This document shows, piece after piece, positions 29,133 to 38,852 of a DNA stretch of 64,000 nt. Position 1 is the stretch's first letter. Each line of letters starts with the position of its first letter. Under the pieces are notes generated by a model. The model was not told the origin of the DNA. It ran no database searches and worked only from the letters and a program-made list of their open reading frames with translations. The translations under genes and the position numbers were made by a program. The DNA is from an uncultured delta proteobacterium (GTDB lineage: Bacteria > Myxococcota_A > Polyangia > Polyangiales > Polyangiaceae): assembly GCA_963782055.1 (NCBI GenBank), contig CAWAIF010000003.1:6688001-6752000 (forward strand), in the 5' to 3' direction.

Positions 29133-31727
29133 ATGGCCGAGCAGACCATCCACCTCGAGAAGTACGCCCCGGACGCCAAGGCCCTCGTCGCGGGCGCCCA
29201 ATCCCTGGCCGACGAGCGCAAGCACCCGCAGGTCGAGCCGGTCCACCTCCTGGCGCGCGCGCTGGACCGGGACCGCGGCGTGCAGGAGGTCTTCCGCAAG
29301 GCCGGCGCCGATCCGCGCGATGTCGCGGTGGAGGCGGAGCAGGCGCTGGGGCGCATTGGCAAGTCCAGCGGCGGCCTCGCCTACCTCTCCTCCGCCATGC
29401 TCGACCTGCTCGGCCGGGCCGAGCGCGAGGCGGGCGGGGGCAGCGTGGGCGTCGAGCACCTCCTCAACGCGCTCTCGCAGGAGATCCGCGGCTCGGCCGC
29501 CATCGTGCTTCAGGCGTTCGGCCTCGGGCCGGGCTCCTTCCGGCCGCACATGGCGGCGCTCCACAGCGTCCCGCGCGAGGTGCAGGGCGACGGCGGCAAC
29601 ACCGGGGACCCTGCCGCCCGCTACACCAAGGACCTGGTCGACCGCGCGCGCAAGGGCGGCTTCGACCCGGTGATCGGCCGCGACCTCGAGGTGCGGCGGC
29701 TGCTGCAGATCCTGGAGCGCCGGCAGAAGAATCACCCGCTGCTCGTCGGCGATCCGGGCGTGGGCAAGCAGTCCATCGTGGGCGCCCTCGCCGCGCGCAT
29801 CGCCGCCGGGGACGTGCCCGCCAACATCGCGCACTTCTCCATCCTGGAGCTGGAGGTGGGCTCGCTCGTCGCCGGCGCCAAGCTGCGCGGAGAGGTGGAG
29901 GAGCGGCTCAAGCAGGCGCTCGCCGCCGTCAAGAGCGTGCCCGGCAGCAAGGAGGTGGTGCTCTACATCAACGGCATCGACTCCCTCTTCGGCCAGGGCG
30001 CCGCCGGCAGCGGCGTGGGGGAGTTGCTCAAGCCGCTGCTCGCCCGCGGGGAGGTGCGCCTGCTGGCCACGACGACGCCGGACGGCCTGCGCAAGATCGG
30101 CGAGCGCGACGCCGGGCTACTCCGCCGCTTCACCGTCCTCTCCATCGAGGCGCCCACGCCCGACCAGGCCATCGAGATCCTGCGCGGCATCGCCACCCGC
30201 TACGAGGTGCACCACCACGTGCAGATCGGCGACCCGGCCATCGTCGCCTCGGTGCGGCTCGCCAAGCGCTACATCCAGGACCGCGCCCTGCCCGACTCGG
30301 CGATCGACCTGCTCGACGAGGCGTGCGCCCGCAAGCGCGTGGAGATCGACGGCGTGCCCGCCTCCGTCGACGACGCCATCCGCCGCCTGGCCTCGCTCAA
30401 GGCGCAGCGCGCGTCGCTCGCGGACGACGCCGACGCCATGAGCGTCAAGACGCGCGAGCGCATTGACAAGGAGATCGCCGACCTGGAGCCGAGCGTGAGC
30501 GAGATGCGCGCCAAGATGGACTCCCGGCGCGGCGCGCTGGCGGCGGTCTCGGCGCTGCGCGAGGAGTACTCCCGCCTGCAGGTGGAGCTGGAGGGGGCAC
30601 GCCAGCAACAGAACTTCGCGCGGTTGGGGGAGCTGGAGCACGTGACCATCCCCGACGTGAAGCGCCGCCTGGACGCGGCGGAGGCCGCCATCACGCGCGA
30701 GGGCATCACCCAGACGCCGAACGTCGTGGGCGAGCAGGACGTGGCGGTGGTCCTCGGCGACTGGACCGGCATCCCCGTCGCCAAGATGCTGGAGAGCGAG
30801 GCGGACAAGCTGCTCAAGATGGAGGAGCGCCTCGCGCAGCGCGTGGTCGGCCAGGACGAGGCGGTGCGGGCGGTGTCGCGCGCGGTGCGGCGCGGGCGCG
30901 TGGGCCTGCGCGACCCGGGCAAGCCCATCGGCAGCTTCCTCTTCCTCGGGCCGAGCGGCGTGGGCAAGACCGAGCTCGCCAAGGCCCTCGCCCAGTTCCT
31001 CTTCGACGACGAAGCGTCGATGACCCGCCTGGACATGAGCGAGTTCATGGAGAAGCACATGGCGCAGCGCCTCGTCGGCGCGCCGCCCGGCTACGTCGAC
31101 AGCGAGGAGGGCGGCTTCCTGACCGAGGCGGTGCGCCGCAAGCCCTACAGCGTGCTGCTCTTCGACGAGGTGGAGAAGGCCCACGCCGACGTCTTCAACC
31201 TCTTGCTGCAGGTGCTCGACGACGGCCGCCTCACCGACGGCCGCGGGCGCACCGCCGACTTCTCCAACACCGTCGTCATCATGACGAGCAACATCGGCTC
31301 GCAGCGCATCCTGGACACCGACATCAAGCTCTTCGAGACGGAGGAGGGTCGCGACGCCCTGCGCGACGTGCTGCGCGAGGAGCTGCGCAACTTCCTGCGG
31401 CCCGAGTTCCTCAACCGCATCGACGACATCGTCATCTTCCGCGCGCTCACCAAGAAGGACCTGCGCGGCATCGTCGACATCCAGCTCCGCCGCCTGGAGA
31501 AGCTGGTGGCCGACCGCGAGCTCAAGCTGGACCTGACCGAGGCCGCGAAGAACGCCCTCGTGGAGATGAGCTACGAGCCGGCGTTCGGGGCGCGGCCGCT
31601 CAAGCGCGCCATCCTCAAGAGCCTGCAGGACCCGCTGGCGGAGGAGATCCTCGCCGGCGGCTACACCACGGGCGCGGTGGTGAAGGTGGACGTGAAGGAC
31701 GGCGCCTTCACCTTCCAGAAGGCGTAG
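29133..31727 (+). CDS. clpB: ClpB-type Hsp100 chaperone with a degenerate NBD1
   Basis: Clp-N domain, DPVIGRD, M-domain coiled coil, NBD2 GPSGVGKTE / RLDMSEF / GAPPGYV / LLFDEVEKAH / GARPLKR. Confidence 0.88.
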   Translation: MAEQTIHLEKYAPDAKALVAGAQSLADERKHPQVEPVHLLARALDRDRGVQEVFRKAGADPRDVAVEAEQALGRIGKSSGGLAYLSSAMLDLLGRAEREAGGGSVGVEHLLNALSQEIRGSAAIVLQAFGLGPGSFRPHMAALHSVPREVQGDGGNTGDPAARYTKDLVDRARKGGFDPVIGRDLEVRRLLQILERRQKNHPLLVGDPGVGKQSIVGALAARIAAGDVPANIAHFSILELEVGSLVAGAKLRGEVEERLKQALAAVKSVPGSKEVVLYINGIDSLFGQGAAGSGVGELLKPLLARGEVRLLATTTPDGLRKIGERDAGLLRRFTVLSIEAPTPDQAIEILRGIATRYEVHHHVQIGDPAIVASVRLAKRYIQDRALPDSAIDLLDEACARKRVEIDGVPASVDDAIRRLASLKAQRASLADDADAMSVKTRERIDKEIADLEPSVSEMRAKMDSRRGALAAVSALREEYSRLQVELEGARQQQNFARLGELEHVTIPDVKRRLDAAEAAITREGITQTPNVVGEQDVAVVLGDWTGIPVAKMLESEADKLLKMEERLAQRVVGQDEAVRAVSRAVRRGRVGLRDPGKPIGSFLFLGPSGVGKTELAKALAQFLFDDEASMTRLDMSEFMEKHMAQRLVGAPPGYVDSEEGGFLTEAVRRKPYSVLLFDEVEKAHADVFNLLLQVLDDGRLTDGRGRTADFSNTVVIMTSNIGSQRILDTDIKLFETEEGRDALRDVLREELRNFLRPEFLNRIDDIVIFRALTKKDLRGIVDIQLRRLEKLVADRELKLDLTEAAKNALVEMSYEPAFGARPLKRAILKSLQDPLAEEILAGGYTTGAVVKVDVKDGAFTFQKA

Positions 31728-31896
31728 TCGCCGGCGCGACGGGGGACGGCGCGCGCGGGAGCCAGTGGTTCATCCGCGCCCGCTTCGTGTCGAGGTAGCC
31801 GGCGCTGTGCGGGTTCGCCGCGACGACAATCGGCAGGCGCTCCTCCACCACGATCCCCGTGCCCTCCAGGGCGTAGACCTTCTCGGGGTTGTTCGT
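31708..31896 (-). pseudogene. ribA: 3' remnant of GTP cyclohydrolase II (RibA-like)
   Basis: Frame not in the ORF track reads TNNPEKVYALEGTGIVVEERLPIVVAANPHSAGYLDTKRARMNHWL, the RibA C-terminal signature; no N-terminal part. Confidence 0.75.
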
Positions 31897-31900
31897 CCCG

Positions 31901-32149
31901 GTGCCCGTACATCTGCAGGTACGCCGGCACCAGGAACTCGCCGAACGCCTCCAGCAGCTCCGCCGGCGCTGTGCCCGTCCGCGCCGACGCGGCGGCCACG
32001 ATGGCCGCGATCCCGGCGTCGGGGTAGGCCGAGGACGCCAGGTAGATCTTGCTCCCGATGCCGGCGTCCCCGAGCAGGGCGCCCCACACGTCGGCGCCGA
32101 ACCGGGCCTCCACGAACTGCTCGAGCCGACCGAAGATCATGCCGTGCAT
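31901..32149 (-). pseudogene. 5' remnant of a heme-NO-binding (HNOB/H-NOX) domain protein
   Basis: MHGMIF..L..FV...FG...W......Y.....YPD...LLE.FG; similarity ends at YGH after 83 codons. Confidence 0.78.
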
Positions 32150-32204
32150 GATCCATCGAGTCGCCAGGCCGGAAGGGGTTCCCCGAAATCGACCTGACCT
32201 CGTC

Positions 32205-32717
32205 CTAGTCGAAGAGCGGCGACCCGCGGACCAGGGCGACGGCGAGGTAGAGCACGAGCAAGGACAGCAGCATGGTCGCCCGGCCCAGCCACGATGCCGC
32301 CCGGCGGGCGCGCAGCGCCGCGGGGGAGCCGGGATCGCGCGCCATCGCCTCCAGGGCGCGCTTGCCGGTGAGCAGCTCGTGGCCGGCGGTGGCCAGCAAG
32401 ACCAGATCGACCAGGCCTAGCTTCCACATGAGCGCGCGGCCGAAGGGCGAGGCGCGCCACGCCGGGCTCATGAGGTCGGACCAGCCGATGCCGCGGAAGT
32501 ACAGGTTGCCGACGCCGGTGACGAGCAGCACGCCGAGCGCGATCCAGCCGAGGACGCGGTAGCGGCGGCCGACGGCGCGCACGAGCTCCGCGGTGGCGCG
32601 CGGGTCCGGCGCGCGCCGCAGCACCGGGACGACCACCGCCGCGAAGAAGACCATCGACCCGACCCAGGCCGCCGCCGCGAGGATGTGCAGCCAGACGCAG
32701 AGCGTGTAGGACCACAT
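32205..32717 (-). CDS. DUF4149/CopD-like membrane protein
   Basis: WLHILAAAAWVGSM.F...V.P, LLVTG.N, L.WKL.LV; about 4 TM helices. Confidence 0.72.
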   Translation of the reverse strand: MWSYTLCVWLHILAAAAWVGSMVFFAAVVVPVLRRAPDPRATAELVRAVGRRYRVLGWIALGVLLVTGVGNLYFRGIGWSDLMSPAWRASPFGRALMWKLGLVDLVLLATAGHELLTGKRALEAMARDPGSPAALRARRAASWLGRATMLLSLLVLYLAVALVRGSPLFD

Positions 32718-32721
32718 GCGG

Positions 32722-33231
32722 TCAGTCGTTCTCCCCCGGGGTGCGGCGCGGGTCGGACGCTGACCGCCGGTGCAGGAGCGGCCCGTCGTAGTGCTTCGCG
32801 ACGGGCACCTCGGGCATCGCGCGCAGCCGCTCGACGACCGCCGCGGCCCCGTCGCCCGCGAGCGCATCGCACTGCGCGTAGAGGCCGTCGGCGCCCTCCT
32901 CGAGCGGGTTGTGCGCGGCCAGCACGGCCCGGAGCCTGTCGCAGAGCTCCGGCGTGGGCGTGGGGACCAGGAGCGAGGCGATGGTCCCGTGCTCGACGCG
33001 CAGCCGCGAGGCGATCGGGAGCGGGGAGCCGCGCTTGTCGCGGGCGAAGCGGATGAGCACCTTCTCTTCCATCGCGATGTGCTTCAGCAGGCCGCGCCGG
33101 AACGCGTCGAAGGCGACGGGCTCGATGCCCCCGTCGCCCGGGTCCGCCTGCCGGAGCAGCGCGTCCAGTCGCGCGTGGTCCGCCGTCATGTAGGCCTCGA
33201 CGGGACCCGGAGTCGTGGTGGGGGCAGGCAT
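32722..33231 (-). CDS. Hemerythrin-domain protein
   Basis: DHARLD, HIAMEE.VL, EH, HN..EE di-iron motifs. Confidence 0.82.
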   Translation of the reverse strand: MPAPTTTPGPVEAYMTADHARLDALLRQADPGDGGIEPVAFDAFRRGLLKHIAMEEKVLIRFARDKRGSPLPIASRLRVEHGTIASLLVPTPTPELCDRLRAVLAAHNPLEEGADGLYAQCDALAGDGAAAVVERLRAMPEVPVAKHYDGPLLHRRSASDPRRTPGEND

Positions 33232-33246
33232 CCGAACTCGCGTCGC

Positions 33247-33262
33247 TGCACGTTGAATGCCA
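33247..33262 (-). promoter_or_regulatory. Candidate sigma54 promoter for the hemerythrin/DUF4149 genes
   Basis: TGGCAT-TCAAC-GTGCA on the minus strand, just upstream of ATG 33231. Confidence 0.5.
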
Positions 33263-33469
33263 CCCCGCATGCGGTGCGCCTCCCGCGCGCAGCGTTGGCG
33301 CTCGGCGCAAAGGCGTCGTGTCCGCGCATGCATTGCAGCGCAGGCACGCAGCTCCGTGCGGGCAGGACGTGAACGCAGTGCGCTGGCTATGCGATCCGTC
33401 AGGGCGCCCCACGCGACCTGCACCTACGGTCCTCGTGAGCGCCGCGACGGGCGGCGCGCGGAGGTCGAG

Positions 33470-35455
33470 ATGAAACTGACCAAGCGAGCCATGGCCGTCG
33501 GAGTGCTGCTCGTCGGCGCCATGGGGGCGATCTTCGCCTGCGAGAACAAGGCGGAGGAGCAGTTCCAGAAGCAGCAGTCGTCCGGCGCGCTGGGGGCGTC
33601 GGCGTCGATCAAGGACCTGATGAAGGCGCGCGGCCTGAACGCGGGCGACGTGCAGGCCGCCCTGGAGACCTACACGCCGACGGGCAAGAAGGACGAGTAC
33701 ATCCTCTTCGCGTCGGGCGGGCAGTCGGGGCAGGTACTCGTCATCGGCGTGCCGTCGATGCGACTGCTGAAGGTGATCGGGGTGTTCACTCCCGAGCCCT
33801 GGCAGGGCTACGGCTACGGCGACGAGAGCGACAAGATCGTCCAGTCGAGCACGCAGATGGGCCACAAGCTCACCTGGGCCGACGTGCATCACCCGGCGCT
33901 CTCGGAGACGAAGGGCGACTACGACGGTGACTACCTCTTCGTCAACGACAAGGCCAACGGCCGCATCGCGGTGATCGACCTCAAGGACTTCGCGACGAAG
34001 CAGATCGTCGCCGACCCGATCCTCATGAGCAACCACGGCGCGGCGTTCGTCACGCCCAACACCGAGTACGTCATCGAGGGCAGCCAGTACGCCGCCCCGC
34101 TGGGCCGCGAGTACGAGCCACTGTCCGAGTACAAGGACAAGTACCGCGGGCTGGTCATGTTCTGGAAGTTCGACCGCGCGAAGGGTCGCATCGACCCGTC
34201 CCGCAGCTTCGGGCTCGAGCTGCCGCCCTACACCCAGGACCTCGCCGACGCGGGCAAGCTCGCGAGCGACGGGTGGGCCTTCGTCAACTCGCTCAACACC
34301 GAGATGGCCACGGGCGGAGATCTGGACGGCAAGCCACCCATGGAGAGCGGCGCCTCCCAGAACGACATGGACTACCTGCACGTCATCAACTGGCGAAAGG
34401 CGGAGGAGCTCGTCAACGCCGGCAAGGCGATCACCATCGCCGGGCTCAAGGTGCTGCCCATGTCGGTGACGGGGCCTGCCGGAGTCCTGACGCTGATCGG
34501 CGAGTCAAAGAGCCCCCACGGCTGCGCGGTGACACCCGACGGCAAGGAGATCGTCGTCTCGGGCAAGCTGGACACCCACGCGACGGTCTACGAGTTCTCC
34601 AAGATCAAGGACCTCGTCGCGCAGGGGAAGTTCGAGGGCAAGGACCCCTACGGCCTGCCCATCCTACCCTTCAAGGACACCATCCGCGGGCAGGTGGAGC
34701 TCGGCCTCGGACCGCTGCACACGCAGTTCGACGACAAGGGGAACGCGTACACCTCGCTCTTCATCGAGAGCAAGGTCGCCAAGTGGTCACTGAAGGACCT
34801 GAAGCTGATCGAGAAGATCCCGGTCCACTACAACATCGGCCACCTCGTGGCGGCGGAGGGCGACACGGTCAGCCCGGACGGCAAGTACGTCGTCGCCATG
34901 AACAAGATGTCGATCGACCGCTTCGCGAGCGTCGGGCCGCTGTACCCGCAGAACTTCCAGCTCATCGACGTCACCGGCGACAAGATGCGGCTGCTCGCCG
35001 ACATGCCCATCCCCATCGGCGAGCCGCACTACGCGCAGATGATCAAGGCGGACAAGCTCCACCCGCTGAAGGTGTACCCGCCCGGGTACGACCCCTTCAC
35101 GGGCGCGAAGGACCCCAACGCGGTGGAGGGCGGCAAGGAGCGGATCGAGCGCCACGGCGACGTGGTCGACGTCTACATGACCGCCATCCGGAGCCACTTC
35201 ACGCCGGACCAGGTCGAGGTCAACCAGGGCGACACGGTGAACCTGCACCTCACCAGCCTGGAGCAGGCGGAGGACCAGACGCATGGCTTCACGCTGGACA
35301 TGTACAACATCAACCTGAGCCTGGAGCCGGGGAAGTCGGAGAGCGTCACCTTCAAGGCGGACGTACCCGGCGTCTTCCCCTTTTACTGCACCGAGTTCTG
35401 CTCGGCGCTCCACCTCGAGATGACGGGCTACCTGCTCGTCAAGCCGAGGGGGTGA
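33470..35455 (+). CDS. nosZ: Sec-dependent (clade II) nitrous-oxide reductase, predicted lipoprotein
   Basis: SGGQSGQ..V.GVPSMR, DVHH, NHG, PHG, GPLH, HYNIGH, EPH CuZ ligands; CuA motif CTEFCSALHLEM; lipobox IFAC with no Tat motif; GGAGG RBS. Confidence 0.97.
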   Translation: MKLTKRAMAVGVLLVGAMGAIFACENKAEEQFQKQQSSGALGASASIKDLMKARGLNAGDVQAALETYTPTGKKDEYILFASGGQSGQVLVIGVPSMRLLKVIGVFTPEPWQGYGYGDESDKIVQSSTQMGHKLTWADVHHPALSETKGDYDGDYLFVNDKANGRIAVIDLKDFATKQIVADPILMSNHGAAFVTPNTEYVIEGSQYAAPLGREYEPLSEYKDKYRGLVMFWKFDRAKGRIDPSRSFGLELPPYTQDLADAGKLASDGWAFVNSLNTEMATGGDLDGKPPMESGASQNDMDYLHVINWRKAEELVNAGKAITIAGLKVLPMSVTGPAGVLTLIGESKSPHGCAVTPDGKEIVVSGKLDTHATVYEFSKIKDLVAQGKFEGKDPYGLPILPFKDTIRGQVELGLGPLHTQFDDKGNAYTSLFIESKVAKWSLKDLKLIEKIPVHYNIGHLVAAEGDTVSPDGKYVVAMNKMSIDRFASVGPLYPQNFQLIDVTGDKMRLLADMPIPIGEPHYAQMIKADKLHPLKVYPPGYDPFTGAKDPNAVEGGKERIERHGDVVDVYMTAIRSHFTPDQVEVNQGDTVNLHLTSLEQAEDQTHGFTLDMYNINLSLEPGKSESVTFKADVPGVFPFYCTEFCSALHLEMTGYLLVKPRG

Positions 35456-35462
35456 GGCGGCC

Positions 35463-36188
35463 ATGTCCCTCGCGATCGACCTGAAGGATGGCCGCCGGCA
35501 TCTGGCGACGGCGCCGGCGCGGGGGGAGCCGGTGCCGCGGTGGCGGCGCTGGCTCGTCGTTGGGCTGATGAGCACCGCCACGGGGATGTTCGCCGGCTCC
35601 TTCTTCCTGCCCTGGTGGCACTTCACCCTCTACGCGCCCCAGTACCCCCACGGCCTGCGGATGCAGATGTCGCTCACTGGCGTCGGAGGCGACGTCGGTG
35701 AGATCGACGAGCTGAATCACTACATCGGCATGGCGCGCCTGGAGAACGTCGCCACCACGGAGGAGCACTACGCCGCGTACGGCATCGCCCTGGTGGCGCT
35801 GGTGATCCTCGTCCTGACGCTCGTGCTCGGACGCAAGCTGGGCAAGCTCATCCTGGCGCCTGCGCTCGCCTTCCCCGCGGGTTTCCTGGCGGACTCCTTC
35901 TACTGGCTCTACCACTGCGGCCACGGGCTCGACCCGCACGCGCCCATCCACCTGCCGGCCTTCACCCCGCAGATGTTCGGCAACGGGCAGATCGGGCAGT
36001 TCTTGACCTTCGCGGCGCCGTCGTCGGGGTTCTGGCTGGCGTGCGCCGGGGCGGCGATCGTCGCCCTGGGCGTGATCATCCGGCAGCGGAGCGTGTGCGC
36101 CCACTGCACGCAGCGCGGCACCTGCGGCGCGGTGTGCCGGAGCGCCTTCATCCTGCGGGAAGAGCAGCCGGACGAGGTCGCGCCGTGA
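35463..36188 (+). CDS. nosB: NosB-like membrane protein of clade II nos clusters
   Basis: P.W...L.APQYP.GL, EI..LNHYIGM, WLY..GH.LDP.AP; located directly after nosZ. Confidence 0.8.
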   Translation: MSLAIDLKDGRRHLATAPARGEPVPRWRRWLVVGLMSTATGMFAGSFFLPWWHFTLYAPQYPHGLRMQMSLTGVGGDVGEIDELNHYIGMARLENVATTEEHYAAYGIALVALVILVLTLVLGRKLGKLILAPALAFPAGFLADSFYWLYHCGHGLDPHAPIHLPAFTPQMFGNGQIGQFLTFAAPSSGFWLACAGAAIVALGVIIRQRSVCAHCTQRGTCGAVCRSAFILREEQPDEVAP

Positions 36189-37531
36189 ACGCGCGGGCGC
36201 GCGCGTGGGTCCGGCGCGGCGCCGTCGCCGTCGCCCTGCTCGCCGTGGCCGGCGCCGTCGCGCACGCAGGCCCGGCGGCGGACGACCTGCGCGGCCCGCC
36301 GCCGCCGCCGGACCACACCGGGACCTACCGGCAGACCCCGCCGCCGGGCGCGGCCATCGCGCACGACGAGGCCGGCCTCGCGCGCCTGCTCGCCGACCCG
36401 CGCGGTCCCGCCGACGTCTGGCTCGAGGGCCGCGTCTACCGCGGCGACCTCGTCGTCGCCCGGCGCGTCGCGCTGCACGGGACGGGCGACACCGTGCTCG
36501 ACGGCAGCGGTCGCGGCACCGTCGTCACCGTCACTGCCGACGGCGTCCTCCTCGACGACCTGACCGTCCGCCACTCCGGCCGGCGCTTCACCACCGAGGA
36601 CTCCGGCGTGAAGGTCCACGCGAAGGGCGTGCGGGTGAGCCACCTGCTCGTGGACGACGTGCTCTTCGGTGTGGAGCTCTCCCCCTGCCCCGCGTGCGTG
36701 ATCGAGCACACCCGCGTGCTCGGTCAGGACGGCGCGACCGAGCTGCGCGGCGACGGCATCAAGCTCTGGGAGGCCAACGACGCCGTCGTGCGCGACTGCA
36801 TCGTCGACCACGGGCGCGATCTCGTCGTCTGGTACTCGCGACGCGCGCTGCTCGACGGCGTCGTCGTACGGCACGGCCGGTACGGCGTGCACTTCATGTA
36901 CTCGCACGACGCGGTCATCCAGAACAGCCGGCTGGAGGACAACGTGGTCGGCATCTTCGTCATGTACAGCCAGCGGCTGAAGGCCCACCACGACGTGATG
37001 GCGGGCGCGCGCGGCCCGGCCGGGATGGGCATCGGCTTCAAGGAGAGCGACGGCGTCTCGGTGGAGGACGACTGGATCGTCGCCAACACGACCGGCATCT
37101 ACCTGGACCGGACGCCGCGCGACCCGGAGAAGCCGGTCACCTTCGACCACAACGTGCTCGCCCTCAACGACGTCGCCGTGCGCTTCCTGAGCGCGCAGCA
37201 GGGCCTCACCTTCACCGAGAACGACTTCCACCAGAACGTCCAGGTGGCGGTGGTGGAGGGAGGAGGCGACGCGCTCGGCACCATCTTCGCCGGCAACCAC
37301 TGGACCGACTACGAGGGCTACGACCTGGACGGCGACGGCATCGGGGACGTGCCCTTCGAGCTCCGGGAGGTGGACGGGGGACTCACCGACGCGCACCCGC
37401 AGGTGCGCTTCTTCCAGGGCACCGGCGCGCTCGACCTGTTCGACGCCGTGGCGCGCGCCGTGCCCGTCCTCTCGAGCCGCTCCGTGCTCGTCGACAAGAC
37501 GCCGTCGATGACGGCACCGAGGCCGCGATGA
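36185..37531 (+). CDS. nosD: Nitrous-oxide reductase maturation protein NosD
   Basis: RGDGI.LW, RYGVHFMYS, GN.W.DY.GYDLDGDGIGDVP. Confidence 0.92.
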   Translation: MNARARAWVRRGAVAVALLAVAGAVAHAGPAADDLRGPPPPPDHTGTYRQTPPPGAAIAHDEAGLARLLADPRGPADVWLEGRVYRGDLVVARRVALHGTGDTVLDGSGRGTVVTVTADGVLLDDLTVRHSGRRFTTEDSGVKVHAKGVRVSHLLVDDVLFGVELSPCPACVIEHTRVLGQDGATELRGDGIKLWEANDAVVRDCIVDHGRDLVVWYSRRALLDGVVVRHGRYGVHFMYSHDAVIQNSRLEDNVVGIFVMYSQRLKAHHDVMAGARGPAGMGIGFKESDGVSVEDDWIVANTTGIYLDRTPRDPEKPVTFDHNVLALNDVAVRFLSAQQGLTFTENDFHQNVQVAVVEGGGDALGTIFAGNHWTDYEGYDLDGDGIGDVPFELREVDGGLTDAHPQVRFFQGTGALDLFDAVARAVPVLSSRSVLVDKTPSMTAPRPR

Positions 37532-38442
37532 TCCAGGTATCCCACGTGTCCAAGTCCTTCGGTCCGGTCCTCGCGCTGGACGACGTGTCGCTCGCCATCG
37601 GGCGGGGAGAGCGCGTCGCCTTCGTCGGCTCCAACGGGTCCGGGAAGACGACCCTGCTCCGGTCCATCCTCGGCCTCTTGCGGGTCGAGGGCCGCGTCGC
37701 CGTCGGCGGCGTGGACGTCGCCGCCTCGCCGGAGATCGCCCTGCGCTCGGTGGCGTACATCCCGCAGATCGCGCCGCCGCTGGAGGCGCCGGTCGGCGAG
37801 GTCATCAGGGCGCACGCCGCCCTGCGGCGGATCGACGCCGGGGCCGTCGCCGAGCGCGCGGGGCCGCTCGGCCTCTCGGTCGCCGCGGTGGAGCGCACGC
37901 GTTTCCGCGATCTGTCCGGCGGCATGAAGCAGAAGCTCCTCGCGGCGATGGCCCTCGCCACCGGCGCCGAGGTGCTGGTGTGCGACGAGCCCACCGCCAA
38001 CCTGGACGCCGCGGCGCGCGCCGCCTTCTTCGAGCAGGTCGACGAGCGCGGCCGGGACGGCATCGTGGTGCTCTGCTCCCACCGGATCGAGGAGGTCCGG
38101 CAGCTCGTCGACCGCGTGGTGGAGATGAAGGAGGGCCGCGTCGCGCGGGACGCGTCGCTCCACGAGCTGCTCGCGGAGCTGCGCAGCTTCCGGGTGGAGG
38201 TGGCCCTCGGGCGCACGCGGGGGGAGGCGGAGACCTTCCTGCGCGCCAACGGCTTCGAGTCCGCGGGCCCCGGACGCCTGGGCGCCCTCTTCTCGCAATC
38301 GGCGAAGGTGGACGTGGTCGCCAGGCTCCTGCGCCTCCACCAGGACGACATCGCCGATCTGTCGGTGTACCAGGTCGACGACCTCGCGCTCGGCGAGCGC
38401 GCCGGGAGCGAGGGCCGTCCGCGACTGAAGGTGGTGTCATGA
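37528..38442 (+). CDS. nosF: ABC ATPase NosF
   Basis: GSNGSGKTT, LSGGMKQK, DEPTANLD; ATGA coupling. Confidence 0.88.
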   Translation: MIQVSHVSKSFGPVLALDDVSLAIGRGERVAFVGSNGSGKTTLLRSILGLLRVEGRVAVGGVDVAASPEIALRSVAYIPQIAPPLEAPVGEVIRAHAALRRIDAGAVAERAGPLGLSVAAVERTRFRDLSGGMKQKLLAAMALATGAEVLVCDEPTANLDAAARAAFFEQVDERGRDGIVVLCSHRIEEVRQLVDRVVEMKEGRVARDASLHELLAELRSFRVEVALGRTRGEAETFLRANGFESAGPGRLGALFSQSAKVDVVARLLRLHQDDIADLSVYQVDDLALGERAGSEGRPRLKVVS

Positions 38443-38852
38443 GCGCCGGCCGGCTCGCGCTGGCGCTCGCGCTGGTGGCTGCGCTTCTCGGCGCGTGCGA
38501 GGACCTGTCGCGCCCGGTCGACCCCGTGTGGGGCAAGCAGGCGTGCGCCCACTGCGCCATGCTCGTGTCCGACCCGCGCTTCGCCGCCGAGCTCACGACG
38601 ACCGCCGGCGACCGCCTCTTCTTCGACGACCCGGGCTGCATGGCCGCCTACGTGGACGAGCACCGCACGCCCGTCCGCCGGATGTGGGTCCACGACGTCT
38701 CCGGGGCCTGGATCGACGCGCAGGGCGCGCAGTTCAAGGCGGGGGCGTCGTCTCCCATGGACTACGGGTTCGCGACCGACCCTCAGGGCAAGGACGACTG
38801 GAGCGCGGTGGAGCGGGCGGCGACGAGCCGCATGGCGGGAGGTGAACGATGA
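38439..38852 (+). CDS. nosL: NosL-like copper chaperone lipoprotein
   Basis: Lipobox LLGAC, CAHCAM, FDDPGCM, SPM.YG. Confidence 0.85.
   Translation: MSAGRLALALALVAALLGACEDLSRPVDPVWGKQACAHCAMLVSDPRFAAELTTTAGDRLFFDDPGCMAAYVDEHRTPVRRMWVHDVSGAWIDAQGAQFKAGASSPMDYGFATDPQGKDDWSAVERAATSRMAGGER

Noticed and set aside
33263..33469. FNR/DNR box or sigma54 promoter upstream of nosZ
   Set aside because: No convincing TTGAT-N4-ATCAA or correctly spaced GG-N10-GC element seen on the plus strand
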